Assembly: GCA_032117235.1 (NCBI GenBank) | Contig: JAULZW010000001.1 | Location: 10,762 to 74,761 of the forward strand | Direction of reading: 5' to 3' | Source: Minisyncoccota bacterium | GTDB taxonomy: Bacteria; Patescibacteriota; Minisyncoccia; SW-4-49-11 | DNA length: 64,000 nt | Shown: positions 29,933 to 38,837 of the stretch, piece after piece | Numbering within the stretch: position 1 is the stretch's first letter | Layout of the letters: every line of letters starts with the position of its first letter | Notes under the pieces: generated by a model | Databases searched by the model: none | What the model was told of the DNA's origin: nothing | Seen by the model: only the letters and a program-made list of their open reading frames with translations | Made by a program: the position numbers and the translations under genes

Positions 29933-29940
29933 AAAAACTA

Positions 29941-30852
29941 TTATTTGGTACTCATTAAATAATTAACAATATCAAAAGCTGTATCAGAATTGTGTGCTAA
30001 GTCAAAGCCGCTAAAGTGAGGAAATTGATTTACCTCAATAACTAGGGGCTCATTATTTGCAGTAATCAATATATCTACACCAGCATATTCAAGGTCTAAT
30101 TCTCTACATACATTTATAGCTAAATTTTTTATTTCGTCTGAATAGTTATAAGCTTTACCCTTATTCCCCTGAGATATATTTGTTGTTATGGAATCAGAAC
30201 TCTTTATTCTTTGCAAAGCCCCTAATACTTTATCGCCGAGTACTATTATGCGAAGATCAAACTCAATAGGAATATATTGCTGATATATTACTTCTTCAGG
30301 ATTGTATAGATTAAGATATTCTTTTAAATCACTCTCTGATTCCATTAACTCAACACCTTTACCAAGAGATCCACTTTTAGGCTTTATTATAAATCTATTA
30401 TCATTTAATTTACTACATATATTTTCATATGATTGATATCCTCTAGAAAAAAGAGTTTTAATAATAGGAATATTGGGGTTCTTAGATAAATATGTATACT
30501 GTATTAATTTATCATAAGAAGGATATTTTAGTAGATGTGTCCTATTTAGCTGACGAGTATTATCTGAAACATATTTATCCCAATATAAGGGAGGGATACT
30601 ATATAGATTTCTATTTATAACAATATCATATGGTTTATTTAATAGGTTAGAGTCGGGGAGTGATAACAACTCTGATTTAGTTGATATAACATCTGCCTTT
30701 ATTGAAAATTTTTGGAATGCATTTAATAATTTTCTAATTGAATTATTGTTTTCTGAAAGTGTTGTAATGAGTGCATTCATATTGTGAGACTTATATAGTA
30801 GATAGACAAGAATGTGTTTATTCATTATAATAAATACATTATAACATATCAA
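29941..30852 (-). CDS. RimK-like ATP-grasp amidoligase (alpha-L-glutamate-ligase family).
   Basis: IIKPKSGSLGKGVELMES...FDLRIIVLGDKVLGALQRIK...TTNISQGNKGKAYNYSDEIKNLAINVCRELDLEYAGVDILITANNEPLVIEVNQFP matches the RimK ATP-grasp motifs. Confidence 0.75.
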   Translation of the reverse strand: MICYNVFIIMNKHILVYLLYKSHNMNALITTLSENNNSIRKLLNAFQKFSIKADVISTKSELLSLPDSNLLNKPYDIVINRNLYSIPPLYWDKYVSDNTRQLNRTHLLKYPSYDKLIQYTYLSKNPNIPIIKTLFSRGYQSYENICSKLNDNRFIIKPKSGSLGKGVELMESESDLKEYLNLYNPEEVIYQQYIPIEFDLRIIVLGDKVLGALQRIKSSDSITTNISQGNKGKAYNYSDEIKNLAINVCRELDLEYAGVDILITANNEPLVIEVNQFPHFSGFDLAHNSDTAFDIVNYLMSTK

Positions 30853-30860
30853 GTCGCTCT

Positions 30861-31835
30861 ATGGAATTAAGTATTTTTCTCAGACCAATTATTGAAGAAG
30901 CAGAAAGTAGAAATATACATTGTTATGTTTTTTCAGATGTTAGTAAAAATTATGCGGTTTTAAGATATAATGATCATGAGGAGTTTATCAACAATACATT
31001 GATAGATAATATAGGTGCAGCTACTAATTCAATGTTAAAAAATAAATACCTCCAATCAGTGTTACTGAGTCAAAAAGGATATAGTACCCCTAAGACTCAA
31101 ACAGTGTATTTAGAGAAGTCCAAGAGAGATGAATTTATCCAACAATTTAATCAATTTCCCTGTGTGGTCAAGCCATTAGATAATTATGGAGGGAAGGGAA
31201 TTACTGTAAATATTACAAACCATAGTGATTTAGAACAGGCAATAGAGTTGGCTTGTGGTATGAGCAATAGATCTAGATATAAAGATAGATGTATAGTACA
31301 GGAAATGCTTCAAGGAGAAGAGTATAGAATTTTAGTAATTGGCAATAAAGATGTATTCTTAGTCAAGAGAACCCCTTTTCAAGTTATAGGAGATGGTAAA
31401 CACTCAATACAAGAGTTGATTCAAATTTATAATGAAAATACAATTAATAGTATAAGGAAGGTAGAAATAGGCTCTAGTATAAAGCATATATTACAAGAAA
31501 AATCTCTAGCATTAGATTATATACCTCAAGATAAAGAAATTATCAAGTTAAGTTATAAAGCCAATTCTCATGATGGGGGATCTTCTCAGGAACTGACTGA
31601 TTTTTTACCAGAAGGACTGAAGCAATTTGCAATTAGACTATCCTTAGATTTTAAATTACCAGTTGTAGGAATTGATATTATAACTTCTAATCTTGTCAAT
31701 CTAAATCCATACATTCTGGAGCTCAATATAAATCCAGGGTTAACAATACATAATAACCCAACATTTGGAGTACCAACTAAGCCTCAAAAAGCTATTATTG
31801 ATCTTTTATTCCCAGAGACAAAAAAATTTAAATAA
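30861..31835 (+). CDS. ATP-grasp domain ligase, cyanophycin-synthetase-N-domain/RimK-like. Paralog 1.
   Basis: CVVKPLDNYGGKGITVNI...EYRILVIGNKDVFLVKRTPFQVIGDGKHSIQELI...ANSHDGGSSQELT...VVGIDIITSN...LELNINPGL. Confidence 0.7.
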   Translation: MELSIFLRPIIEEAESRNIHCYVFSDVSKNYAVLRYNDHEEFINNTLIDNIGAATNSMLKNKYLQSVLLSQKGYSTPKTQTVYLEKSKRDEFIQQFNQFPCVVKPLDNYGGKGITVNITNHSDLEQAIELACGMSNRSRYKDRCIVQEMLQGEEYRILVIGNKDVFLVKRTPFQVIGDGKHSIQELIQIYNENTINSIRKVEIGSSIKHILQEKSLALDYIPQDKEIIKLSYKANSHDGGSSQELTDFLPEGLKQFAIRLSLDFKLPVVGIDIITSNLVNLNPYILELNINPGLTIHNNPTFGVPTKPQKAIIDLLFPETKKFK

Positions 31836-31847
31836 TTATACCGCTAT

Positions 31848-32822
31848 ATGAAATTGAGTATCTTTCTCAGACCAATTATTGAAGAAGCAGAAAGTAGGGG
31901 TATAGATGTATCTTTTTTTTCTGAATTTCGTACAAGGTTTACAATATTATCATATGAGGGACATACAGAGTTTATAAGAAATACATTAACAAATCATGTA
32001 GGTTCGGTTACTAGTTTAATGTTAAAAAATAAATACTTTCAATCAGTTTTATTGAGTCAAAAAGGATATAATACTCCCAAGACTCAAATAGTGTATGTAG
32101 AGAAGTCTAAGAAAGATAAATTTATCCAAAATTTTAATCAATTTCCCTGTGTGGTTAAGCCTTTAGATAACTATGGTGGAAAAGGTATTACTGTAAATGT
32201 TACAAATTATACTGATTTAGAAAAAGCAATTGAACTTGCTTGTGGTATGAGTATTAAATATAAAGATAAATGTATAGTACAGGAAATGGTTTATGGATCT
32301 GAAGAATATCGAGTGTTGGTAATTGGGAATAAAGATGTGTTTTTAGTTAAAAGGACTCCATTTAGAGTTATTGGAGATGGAAAACATTCAATTCAAGAAT
32401 TGATTAAAATATATAATGATAATGTGGTTAAAGTAGACAAAACAAGATATGTTCAGATAGGAGAAAGTATAATGAATATCTTACAAGAAAAGTCTCTAAA
32501 ATTAGATTATATCCCTAAAGATAAAGAAATTATAAAACTAAGCTATAAAGCTAATTCACATGATGGTGGGTCATCAGAGGAGATGACTAAATTTTTGCCA
32601 GATACATTAAAACAATTTGCTATTAAATTATCTCTAGATTTTAAGTTGCCAATTGTGGGCATTGATATTATAACTTCGGATATAAACAATCCTAACCAAT
32701 GTGTTTTAGAGTTAAATCTTACTCCAGGATTGAATATACATGTAGCTCCGACATTTGGAACACCAACTAAGCCTCAAAAGGCTATTATAGATCTTCTATT
32801 TCCAGAAACCAAATCGATATAG
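31848..32822 (+). CDS. ATP-grasp domain ligase, paralog 2. A tandem duplicate of 30861..31835.
   Basis: Same length (324 aa) and about three-quarters identical to paralog 1. The first dozen residues are nearly identical and there is a long identical DNA stretch at the 5' end. Confidence 0.7.
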   Translation: MKLSIFLRPIIEEAESRGIDVSFFSEFRTRFTILSYEGHTEFIRNTLTNHVGSVTSLMLKNKYFQSVLLSQKGYNTPKTQIVYVEKSKKDKFIQNFNQFPCVVKPLDNYGGKGITVNVTNYTDLEKAIELACGMSIKYKDKCIVQEMVYGSEEYRVLVIGNKDVFLVKRTPFRVIGDGKHSIQELIKIYNDNVVKVDKTRYVQIGESIMNILQEKSLKLDYIPKDKEIIKLSYKANSHDGGSSEEMTKFLPDTLKQFAIKLSLDFKLPIVGIDIITSDINNPNQCVLELNLTPGLNIHVAPTFGTPTKPQKAIIDLLFPETKSI

Positions 32823-32824
32823 TA

Positions 32825-34252
32825 TTATTTCCTCGGATCAATAATAAATCTTTTTAAATCCTGTTTCCCTAATAAAAAAAGGTATTTTAAATGAGATCGA
32901 TTTACTATTGAACATGCAATTTCACTCATCTCATCTCCAATTTTTACTGGGATTTTTATAAAGGGTCTAACTGTATATCCGTTTCCAGCCTTTATAATAG
33001 CAACTTTTTTGAGGAGATGCGGAGTATCTTGTGCCTTTAAGTTAATATTTATTGTATCAGTTAATTTATTTAGAGCATTATATTCTATATCCTCCGGTAT
33101 ATTCAAAGCTTTAAATTCTTTTAATACTTCTCCGTAGCCAAGTTTAATGAGAAGAGCTTCGTCTATACTGGAGGAGTCTGCCCCCGTATCCACCTTGGCT
33201 TCTATAGTTTGTTTTTGATTGTCTTTGCCAAATAAGGTGATTTCCTCAATCAAACCTATAACTTGTCGCCCAGTAATTTCCTCGATTTCTTCTTCAATTT
33301 CTCCTCCAAATAAATCTTTTGCGAGTCGAATAGCTCTTTTTACCGTTTTTACTTTAAGTCCTTTTACTTTTTGTAATCTTTCTTTGAGTGGGGCGAGATT
33401 GGCAATTTGAATAGCAAGTCCTGGTCGGGCATTAGCTTCCAAGACTACTGGTCCAGCATCGCGGTCTAGGGCGATATCTACTCCTGTAAAGCCTAGATTT
33501 GTCACATCAGCAGTGCGAATGGCTATTTCTAAAATTGTATTCCAATATGGTATTCTAATTCCAGCTAAATTGATTTTGGTTCCTGGTATGGTGTCTATGA
33601 ACTTCTCTCGCATAATGGCATTAGTGGTTACTCCAGTGGCCATATCTATTCCCACTCCAATTCCTCCTTGATGTAGATTAGCCTTTCCATCTGATTCTTT
33701 GGTCGGAATTCTAATCATTGCCATTACGGGAATACGATTGAATACAATGACACGAATATCAGGTATACCTTTATAGGCTAAATGCTTGAAAGATTTATTG
33801 AGTTTAATTCGCTCTTCAAAAAAAGCTATATCAGGGCTATTAGTACGTGAATAGGTTCCATCAAGAATATTGCTAATATGATTATGTATCATTGTCTCAC
33901 TAAGTTTAACTCCTTTGGTTTTGACCCATTGTCTTTCTCCGTCGGTAGTTTTCTTTTTATGTTCTCCAAAAATTACCACAATTCCTTCTCCTCCAAATCC
34001 AGAAGTAGGCTTCAATACAAAGCTTTTTGGTAATTTATTATAATCAAAATTATTTAATTTCTCATAAGACCTTACCGAAGCGATTAGTTTTGGGGTCGGT
34101 ATATTATTTTGCTGTAAAACTTTCTTAAATTTGATTTTATTATCTACTAATTTGACCCATTTACGATAGTTATAAGGCTTGATAAAGATAAGGTTACGGG
34201 CATTCATCCCGAGTATTTTTTGACTAAATACGAATGCTTCTAGCCAATTCAT
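32825..34252 (-). CDS. Fusion protein: N-terminal ATP-grasp ligase (alpha-L-glutamate-ligase-related, sugar-transfer-associated type) plus a C-terminal retropepsin-like aspartic protease domain (RimB / putative ATP-dependent zinc protease family).
   Basis: The N-terminal part has ...FVLKPTSGFGGEGIVVI..., ...ANLHQGGIGVGIDMATG... and ...GVDIALDRDAGPVVLEANARPG. The C-terminal part has ...KVDTGADSSSIDEALL... and ...LLGKQDLKRFIIDP, the D-T-G-A signature. Confidence 0.7.
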   Translation of the reverse strand: MNWLEAFVFSQKILGMNARNLIFIKPYNYRKWVKLVDNKIKFKKVLQQNNIPTPKLIASVRSYEKLNNFDYNKLPKSFVLKPTSGFGGEGIVVIFGEHKKKTTDGERQWVKTKGVKLSETMIHNHISNILDGTYSRTNSPDIAFFEERIKLNKSFKHLAYKGIPDIRVIVFNRIPVMAMIRIPTKESDGKANLHQGGIGVGIDMATGVTTNAIMREKFIDTIPGTKINLAGIRIPYWNTILEIAIRTADVTNLGFTGVDIALDRDAGPVVLEANARPGLAIQIANLAPLKERLQKVKGLKVKTVKRAIRLAKDLFGGEIEEEIEEITGRQVIGLIEEITLFGKDNQKQTIEAKVDTGADSSSIDEALLIKLGYGEVLKEFKALNIPEDIEYNALNKLTDTININLKAQDTPHLLKKVAIIKAGNGYTVRPFIKIPVKIGDEMSEIACSIVNRSHLKYLFLLGKQDLKRFIIDPRK

Positions 34253-34255
34253 AGT

Positions 34256-34975
34256 TTATTGATTGCTAATGATTTTACGGAATCGGATATATTCAGAGAT
34301 GCGGAGTCCTTCATAGCGCCCAATTAATATAATTCCCGCAAATACAATCAAAATTACCCATGGATTATAGAAAACTAAATCTCGTAGCCGAGTAGTGGTC
34401 ATAATTAAGTTTCCAATTGAAGCTAGAATCAGGGTTTCTAAGGATAGGATGACAGCGGTACGATAACCTTTTTCCATTTGAGCATTGATGAACTTCTCTA
34501 CCAAGGTAATAATAATCAAAATCTGGTAAATTGAGGCTTGTACAAACATTGTGCTGTCTGAAAATATACCCCAAACCAAACTCAAAAACATAGATAAAGC
34601 TGTAATTGATAGTATTAAAGCCATTTTCGGTAAATATAAAATACGAACTTTGCGAAGTAGAAATCTGACTACTGAAGCCACTAGAAGTGAAACTACAAAG
34701 ACGCTAACTCCATATTTGAAGCCAATTTCAGTCAAAGCAAATGTTATAATTAGTGGTGTATAAATACCAAAAGCTTTAATTCCCACAATTTGTCGGGCGG
34801 CTACGATAAATCCTGCCATAATCGGGAACATTAATAGAATGTCTATTGTTTCACGTGGCACATCATTTCTTAGAAGGTAATCAAAGAATATATCCATATA
34901 CTTATTAAAACTAATTGAGATTATTGTATTATTTTGATATAGTATAACATAACAATATATTTTGACTAGTGGCAA
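34256..34975 (-). CDS. Seven-transmembrane membrane protein of the kind associated with RimK-like ATP-grasp systems (7TM_transglut-like). The true start is probably the internal Met at about 34897.
   Basis: 239 aa with about seven hydrophobic helices. The listed start overlaps the divergent sufB start. Confidence 0.5.
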   Translation of the reverse strand: MPLVKIYCYVILYQNNTIISISFNKYMDIFFDYLLRNDVPRETIDILLMFPIMAGFIVAARQIVGIKAFGIYTPLIITFALTEIGFKYGVSVFVVSLLVASVVRFLLRKVRILYLPKMALILSITALSMFLSLVWGIFSDSTMFVQASIYQILIIITLVEKFINAQMEKGYRTAVILSLETLILASIGNLIMTTTRLRDLVFYNPWVILIVFAGIILIGRYEGLRISEYIRFRKIISNQ

Positions 34976-36359
34976 ATTTATGGACCGATCCGTATACGAT
35001 AATTATAGCTTACATAAGGGAAAATTTCAAACTCAACCTGGATTAACTCGAGAGGTAGTTGAAGAGATTTCTAAACAAAAAAATGAGCCATCTTGGATGT
35101 TGAAAAAACGGCTCAAAGCCTTTGAATTATATCAGCAAACTGCTTTACCGAATTGGGGTCCTAGTTTGGATGGATTAGATTTGGAGCAAATTATTTATTT
35201 TAGTAGGCCAGATGCAGATGAATCTAAGACTTGGGATGATGTGCCAAAGGATATACGAGACACTTTTGATAAACTTGGTATTCCAGAAGCCGAAAAACAG
35301 GCTCTAGGAGGTGTGGGAGCTCAATATGACTCAGATATGATATATCATAATCTCAAGCAAGACTTAAAAGATAAAGGGGTTATATTCGAGAATATGGATA
35401 CCGCATTACAGGAATATCCCGATTTGGTCAAAAAATATTTTATGACTCAATGTATTCCTATCAATGATCATAAATTTATTATGTTACATGCGGCAGTATG
35501 GAGCGGGGGGACATTTATTTATGTGCCAAAGGGGGTAAAAGTAGAATTGCCATTGCAAGCCTATTTTCGGATGAATATGGAGGCTGGAGGGCAATTTGAA
35601 CATACTCTTATTATTGCAGATGAAGGCTCAGAGCTTACCTATATCGAGGGATGCTCTGCTCCAAGATGGAATGTCTCAGCTCTTCATGCAGGAGGAGTGG
35701 AAATATTTGTGCATAAGGGTGCTACAGTTAAATATATTAGTATTGAAAATTGGAGTAAAAATACCTATAATCTCAATACCAAAAGGGCTCTCGTGGATGC
35801 TTATGGTACTATTGAGTGGCTAAATGGGAATATGGGAAGTGGTGTGACAATGTTATATCCTTGTAGTATATTGAGGGGAGAATATGCTCGCTCAGATAGT
35901 CTCGGGATAGCCTTTGCAGGAGAGGGGCAAGAGCAAGATACAGGCTCAAAGGTAATACATGCAGCCCCTTATACTAAATCCACAATTAGTGCTAAAAGTA
36001 TTTCTCAAGATAATGGAGTGTCATCATATAGGGGTTTAGTTAAAATAACTCCCAAAGCTATTGGTAGTGAATCTCATATTGTCTGTGATGCTCTCCTAAT
36101 GAATGATGGGGCTAAATCAGATACTTATCCAGTGATGCAAGTAGAGACTAGTGAGGCTCAAATTGGGCATGAAGCTCGGGTAGGGCGGGTAGGGTATGAG
36201 GAAATATTTTATTTAATGAGTAGAGGGATGAGCGAAGCGGAGGCCAGGAAAATGATAGTAAATGGTTTTATAGAGCCGGTAGTAAAAGCCTTGCCTCTCG
36301 AATATGCAATTGAGCTAAATCGCCTGATTGAACTTGAAATTATAGATTCAGCAATATAA
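34962..36359 (+). CDS. sufB: Fe-S cluster assembly protein SufB. The true start may be Met-7 at 34980.
   Basis: 465 aa with conserved SufB core and C-terminal regions. Confidence 0.9.
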   Translation: MTSGKFMDRSVYDNYSLHKGKFQTQPGLTREVVEEISKQKNEPSWMLKKRLKAFELYQQTALPNWGPSLDGLDLEQIIYFSRPDADESKTWDDVPKDIRDTFDKLGIPEAEKQALGGVGAQYDSDMIYHNLKQDLKDKGVIFENMDTALQEYPDLVKKYFMTQCIPINDHKFIMLHAAVWSGGTFIYVPKGVKVELPLQAYFRMNMEAGGQFEHTLIIADEGSELTYIEGCSAPRWNVSALHAGGVEIFVHKGATVKYISIENWSKNTYNLNTKRALVDAYGTIEWLNGNMGSGVTMLYPCSILRGEYARSDSLGIAFAGEGQEQDTGSKVIHAAPYTKSTISAKSISQDNGVSSYRGLVKITPKAIGSESHIVCDALLMNDGAKSDTYPVMQVETSEAQIGHEARVGRVGYEEIFYLMSRGMSEAEARKMIVNGFIEPVVKALPLEYAIELNRLIELEIIDSAI

Positions 36360-36360
36360 T

Positions 36361-37017
36361 ATGGCAATTTATACAACTCAAATAGAAACATCTCATCAAT
36401 ATCTGGTTATAAAATCTAGAAATCAGGAAAAATTAAATTTATTAGATTTAGATCCAAATACTATTATACATATTGCCGAACAGGCTGAATTAGAATTAAA
36501 TATAGGAGCTGGAGAATATCATCATAATTTACATATAATTGTAACTAAAGGAGCTAAATTAAAAATTTTAGAACAAGAAAATTGGAGTGGGACTATAAAC
36601 TGGACTATTGATTTGATTGAACCTTATTCAGAAATAGAATATGTTACCAGATTAGAAGCTAAAAATAAGTCTAAAAATATAATTAAAGTAAATCATAAAG
36701 GCTCTTATACAATATCCAAAATAAATTCTAGATATTGTGTTATAAGTCAAAATAAACTCATACAGCATACCATTATAGATATCCCCAAAGCTATTAAACA
36801 TTGCCAAGCCAGTCAATCGGCGGAAATTTTATTATTAACTAACCGTCCACAAGTCCAAGTCATCCCCGAGCTCAGAGTGGCCACTGATAATAGTAATGCC
36901 AGTCATGGAGTATCTATCCATCCAATTCGAGAGACAGATATATTCTATCTAATGGCTCGAGGCATTAGCCAGACAAAAGCAATAAAAATACTTAAAAAAG
37001 GCTTTTTGGAGACGTAG
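36361..37017 (+). CDS. sufD: Short SufD-like Fe-S assembly protein.
   Basis: 218 aa immediately after sufB. The C-terminal ...HGVSIHPIRETDIFYLMARGISQTKAIKILKKGF resembles the SufB/SufD C-terminus. Confidence 0.6.
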   Translation: MAIYTTQIETSHQYLVIKSRNQEKLNLLDLDPNTIIHIAEQAELELNIGAGEYHHNLHIIVTKGAKLKILEQENWSGTINWTIDLIEPYSEIEYVTRLEAKNKSKNIIKVNHKGSYTISKINSRYCVISQNKLIQHTIIDIPKAIKHCQASQSAEILLLTNRPQVQVIPELRVATDNSNASHGVSIHPIRETDIFYLMARGISQTKAIKILKKGFLET

Positions 37018-37094
37018 GGGGTTTGTGGTATACTTATAAAATAAATAGTAATATTAATATGAATATAGAAAAAAGAAATTAGTATAGTCATCCT

Positions 37095-38459
37095 GTGTTT
37101 GAAGGTGAAAATATAAATAAAGGCAATGAGTTAGCTCATGAAATAGAAGAAAGTTCGACAAAAGATATTAGAAGATTTACTCGTTCTTATTCTTCGGTTG
37201 AGAGAACAGCTAAAGCTCAAGAATTAAGAGGTATCCCAAAAGATCAAAGAGAAGAAGAACTTGAAAGTTTTTATAAAGAACAAGAAGCAATAAGGGTAGA
37301 ATTCTTAGAAACTTTAGACGAGAGACAGGTTGAAGATATCATGAATCAGTACGATGTAATTTTTACTCATGGAATACCCTTAGACTCAATGAAAAACACA
37401 TCACATAATAATACCGTAATTGATACAGAGAGTATAAAACTAGAAACAAAAATAAAATTAATTTTAGGTTTTCAGCCAACAATTTCTGCTTGTGTTATAA
37501 AAGTTTCTGAACAAAGTCCAAATGCTCATTATTATAAATTTGGTTTAATGATTGGTAGAGGAACAGTTATGTTGGCTCATAATCGAGATACTGCAACTGT
37601 TGCTGAAAATATGTATTCTAGAAGATTAAAAGATGGTGAGTATAATAAAGATGGAGAAAAAAATTCATATATAAATGGTAAAAATTATAGTTTTTTTCCT
37701 GAAAATATGGTAAATCATAGTATACAAACCAATATACAAGAAAATATAAGACAAGCTATCGAGGAACCAGTTGGTGGTAAGTCTGGAGATGCTAGAAATG
37801 AAGTGGTAATTGAGAATCCAGATGCTATTGGTTTTTACATAGATCTTAACACTGAAATAGGTGATGTAGAATTAATTCAAATTGTAAAAATTGCTAGGAA
37901 TGTTGGGTTGCCAATTTTTGGCTTAAAAAATGGACGAATTTTTTCTTTACAAGACAATGGTCAGGAAGAAATTAATCTTGATGAATTGCATATATCTGAA
38001 GAGTTAACAGAACAAAAAAGATTAAAATATATTGAGGATACAATTCAGGACAATGTTTTTGTTGGTGGAAAAATCCCAATAGAGGCAGAAAGGAGAATAA
38101 GTTCATTAAAGTCTAAAGTAAAAGAAATATCGGGAATAAAACAAGAGTCTTTAGTACAACAAGGATCAGAGGAATTATATCCAGATTTTGAGTATTTAGA
38201 TGGTAACTATAATATGTTTTACAATGCAGATTTAATGTTAAAAGGTACTCATCTTAGATATGACTCAATACATAAAAATGGGAATGATATAGTTAGTTTT
38301 TTTACTCAGATGGGTGTAAGAGAATCTGCTATGACAAAAGTAAAAACACTTTTTGAAAACAAAGACCTTTCAGAATGTAGAAAGTTAATAGATAGTTTTT
38401 TAAATAAATTTTATGAAGCAAAAAAATTATTAGCTCAATGGAAGCAATCTAAAGATTAA
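37095..38459 (+). CDS. Hypothetical acidic protein (ORFan), inserted within the suf operon.
   Basis: 454-aa ORF. No recognisable motif. Confidence 0.5.
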   Translation: MFEGENINKGNELAHEIEESSTKDIRRFTRSYSSVERTAKAQELRGIPKDQREEELESFYKEQEAIRVEFLETLDERQVEDIMNQYDVIFTHGIPLDSMKNTSHNNTVIDTESIKLETKIKLILGFQPTISACVIKVSEQSPNAHYYKFGLMIGRGTVMLAHNRDTATVAENMYSRRLKDGEYNKDGEKNSYINGKNYSFFPENMVNHSIQTNIQENIRQAIEEPVGGKSGDARNEVVIENPDAIGFYIDLNTEIGDVELIQIVKIARNVGLPIFGLKNGRIFSLQDNGQEEINLDELHISEELTEQKRLKYIEDTIQDNVFVGGKIPIEAERRISSLKSKVKEISGIKQESLVQQGSEELYPDFEYLDGNYNMFYNADLMLKGTHLRYDSIHKNGNDIVSFFTQMGVRESAMTKVKTLFENKDLSECRKLIDSFLNKFYEAKKLLAQWKQSKD

Positions 38460-38484
38460 ATATGAATAATATAATTAGAAAAAA

Positions 38485-38505
38485 CACCCCGCTTAGTGCG
38501 GGGTG
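38485..38505 (-). terminator. Intrinsic terminator, mainly serving the minus-strand gene 38493..38780.
   Basis: CACCCCGC-TTAG-TGCGGGGTG hairpin. It is preceded on the plus strand by AAAAAA, which is a T-run on the minus strand. Confidence 0.6.
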
Positions 38506-38780
38506 GATGATATGTATTGTCTGATGTCTCGCCATTCTTTCAATAGAATGGTTGGTGGATTTATAGGGAATCCATTTTGATTACAGGGTAATATAAAGTA
38601 GCAATTTTCGCTACCAATTAACTCTCCATTTATCCCATAGATTTTGGAGTTAGTGAAGTTCTGATGGTATTTCCAATGAGAACTGAGACTTATGGTTAAG
38701 TCAGGAGGATTAATTCTATTTATTGTTTCAAATATAGCAAATAAATTTGGCCGAATTTCAAGAAATTGTTGATAGTTCAA
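38493..38780 (-). CDS. Hypothetical small protein.
   Basis: 95-aa ORF with a terminator at its 3' end. Weak support. Confidence 0.35.
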   Translation of the reverse strand: MNYQQFLEIRPNLFAIFETINRINPPDLTISLSSHWKYHQNFTNSKIYGINGELIGSENCYFILPCNQNGFPINPPTILLKEWRDIRQYISSTPH

Positions 38781-38837
38781 AAATTATCTTCAAATGAAAA
38801 TATACAATACCATAAAAAAACAATATTAGCAAGTTTT

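Noticed and set aside
36361-37017. Whether the 218-aa ORF after sufB is a truncated pseudogene of sufD.
   Set aside because: The ORF is intact, directly coupled to the sufB stop, and keeps the conserved C-terminal segment. More likely a genuinely short SufD-like protein, as seen in reduced genomes. Kept as a CDS with moderate confidence.
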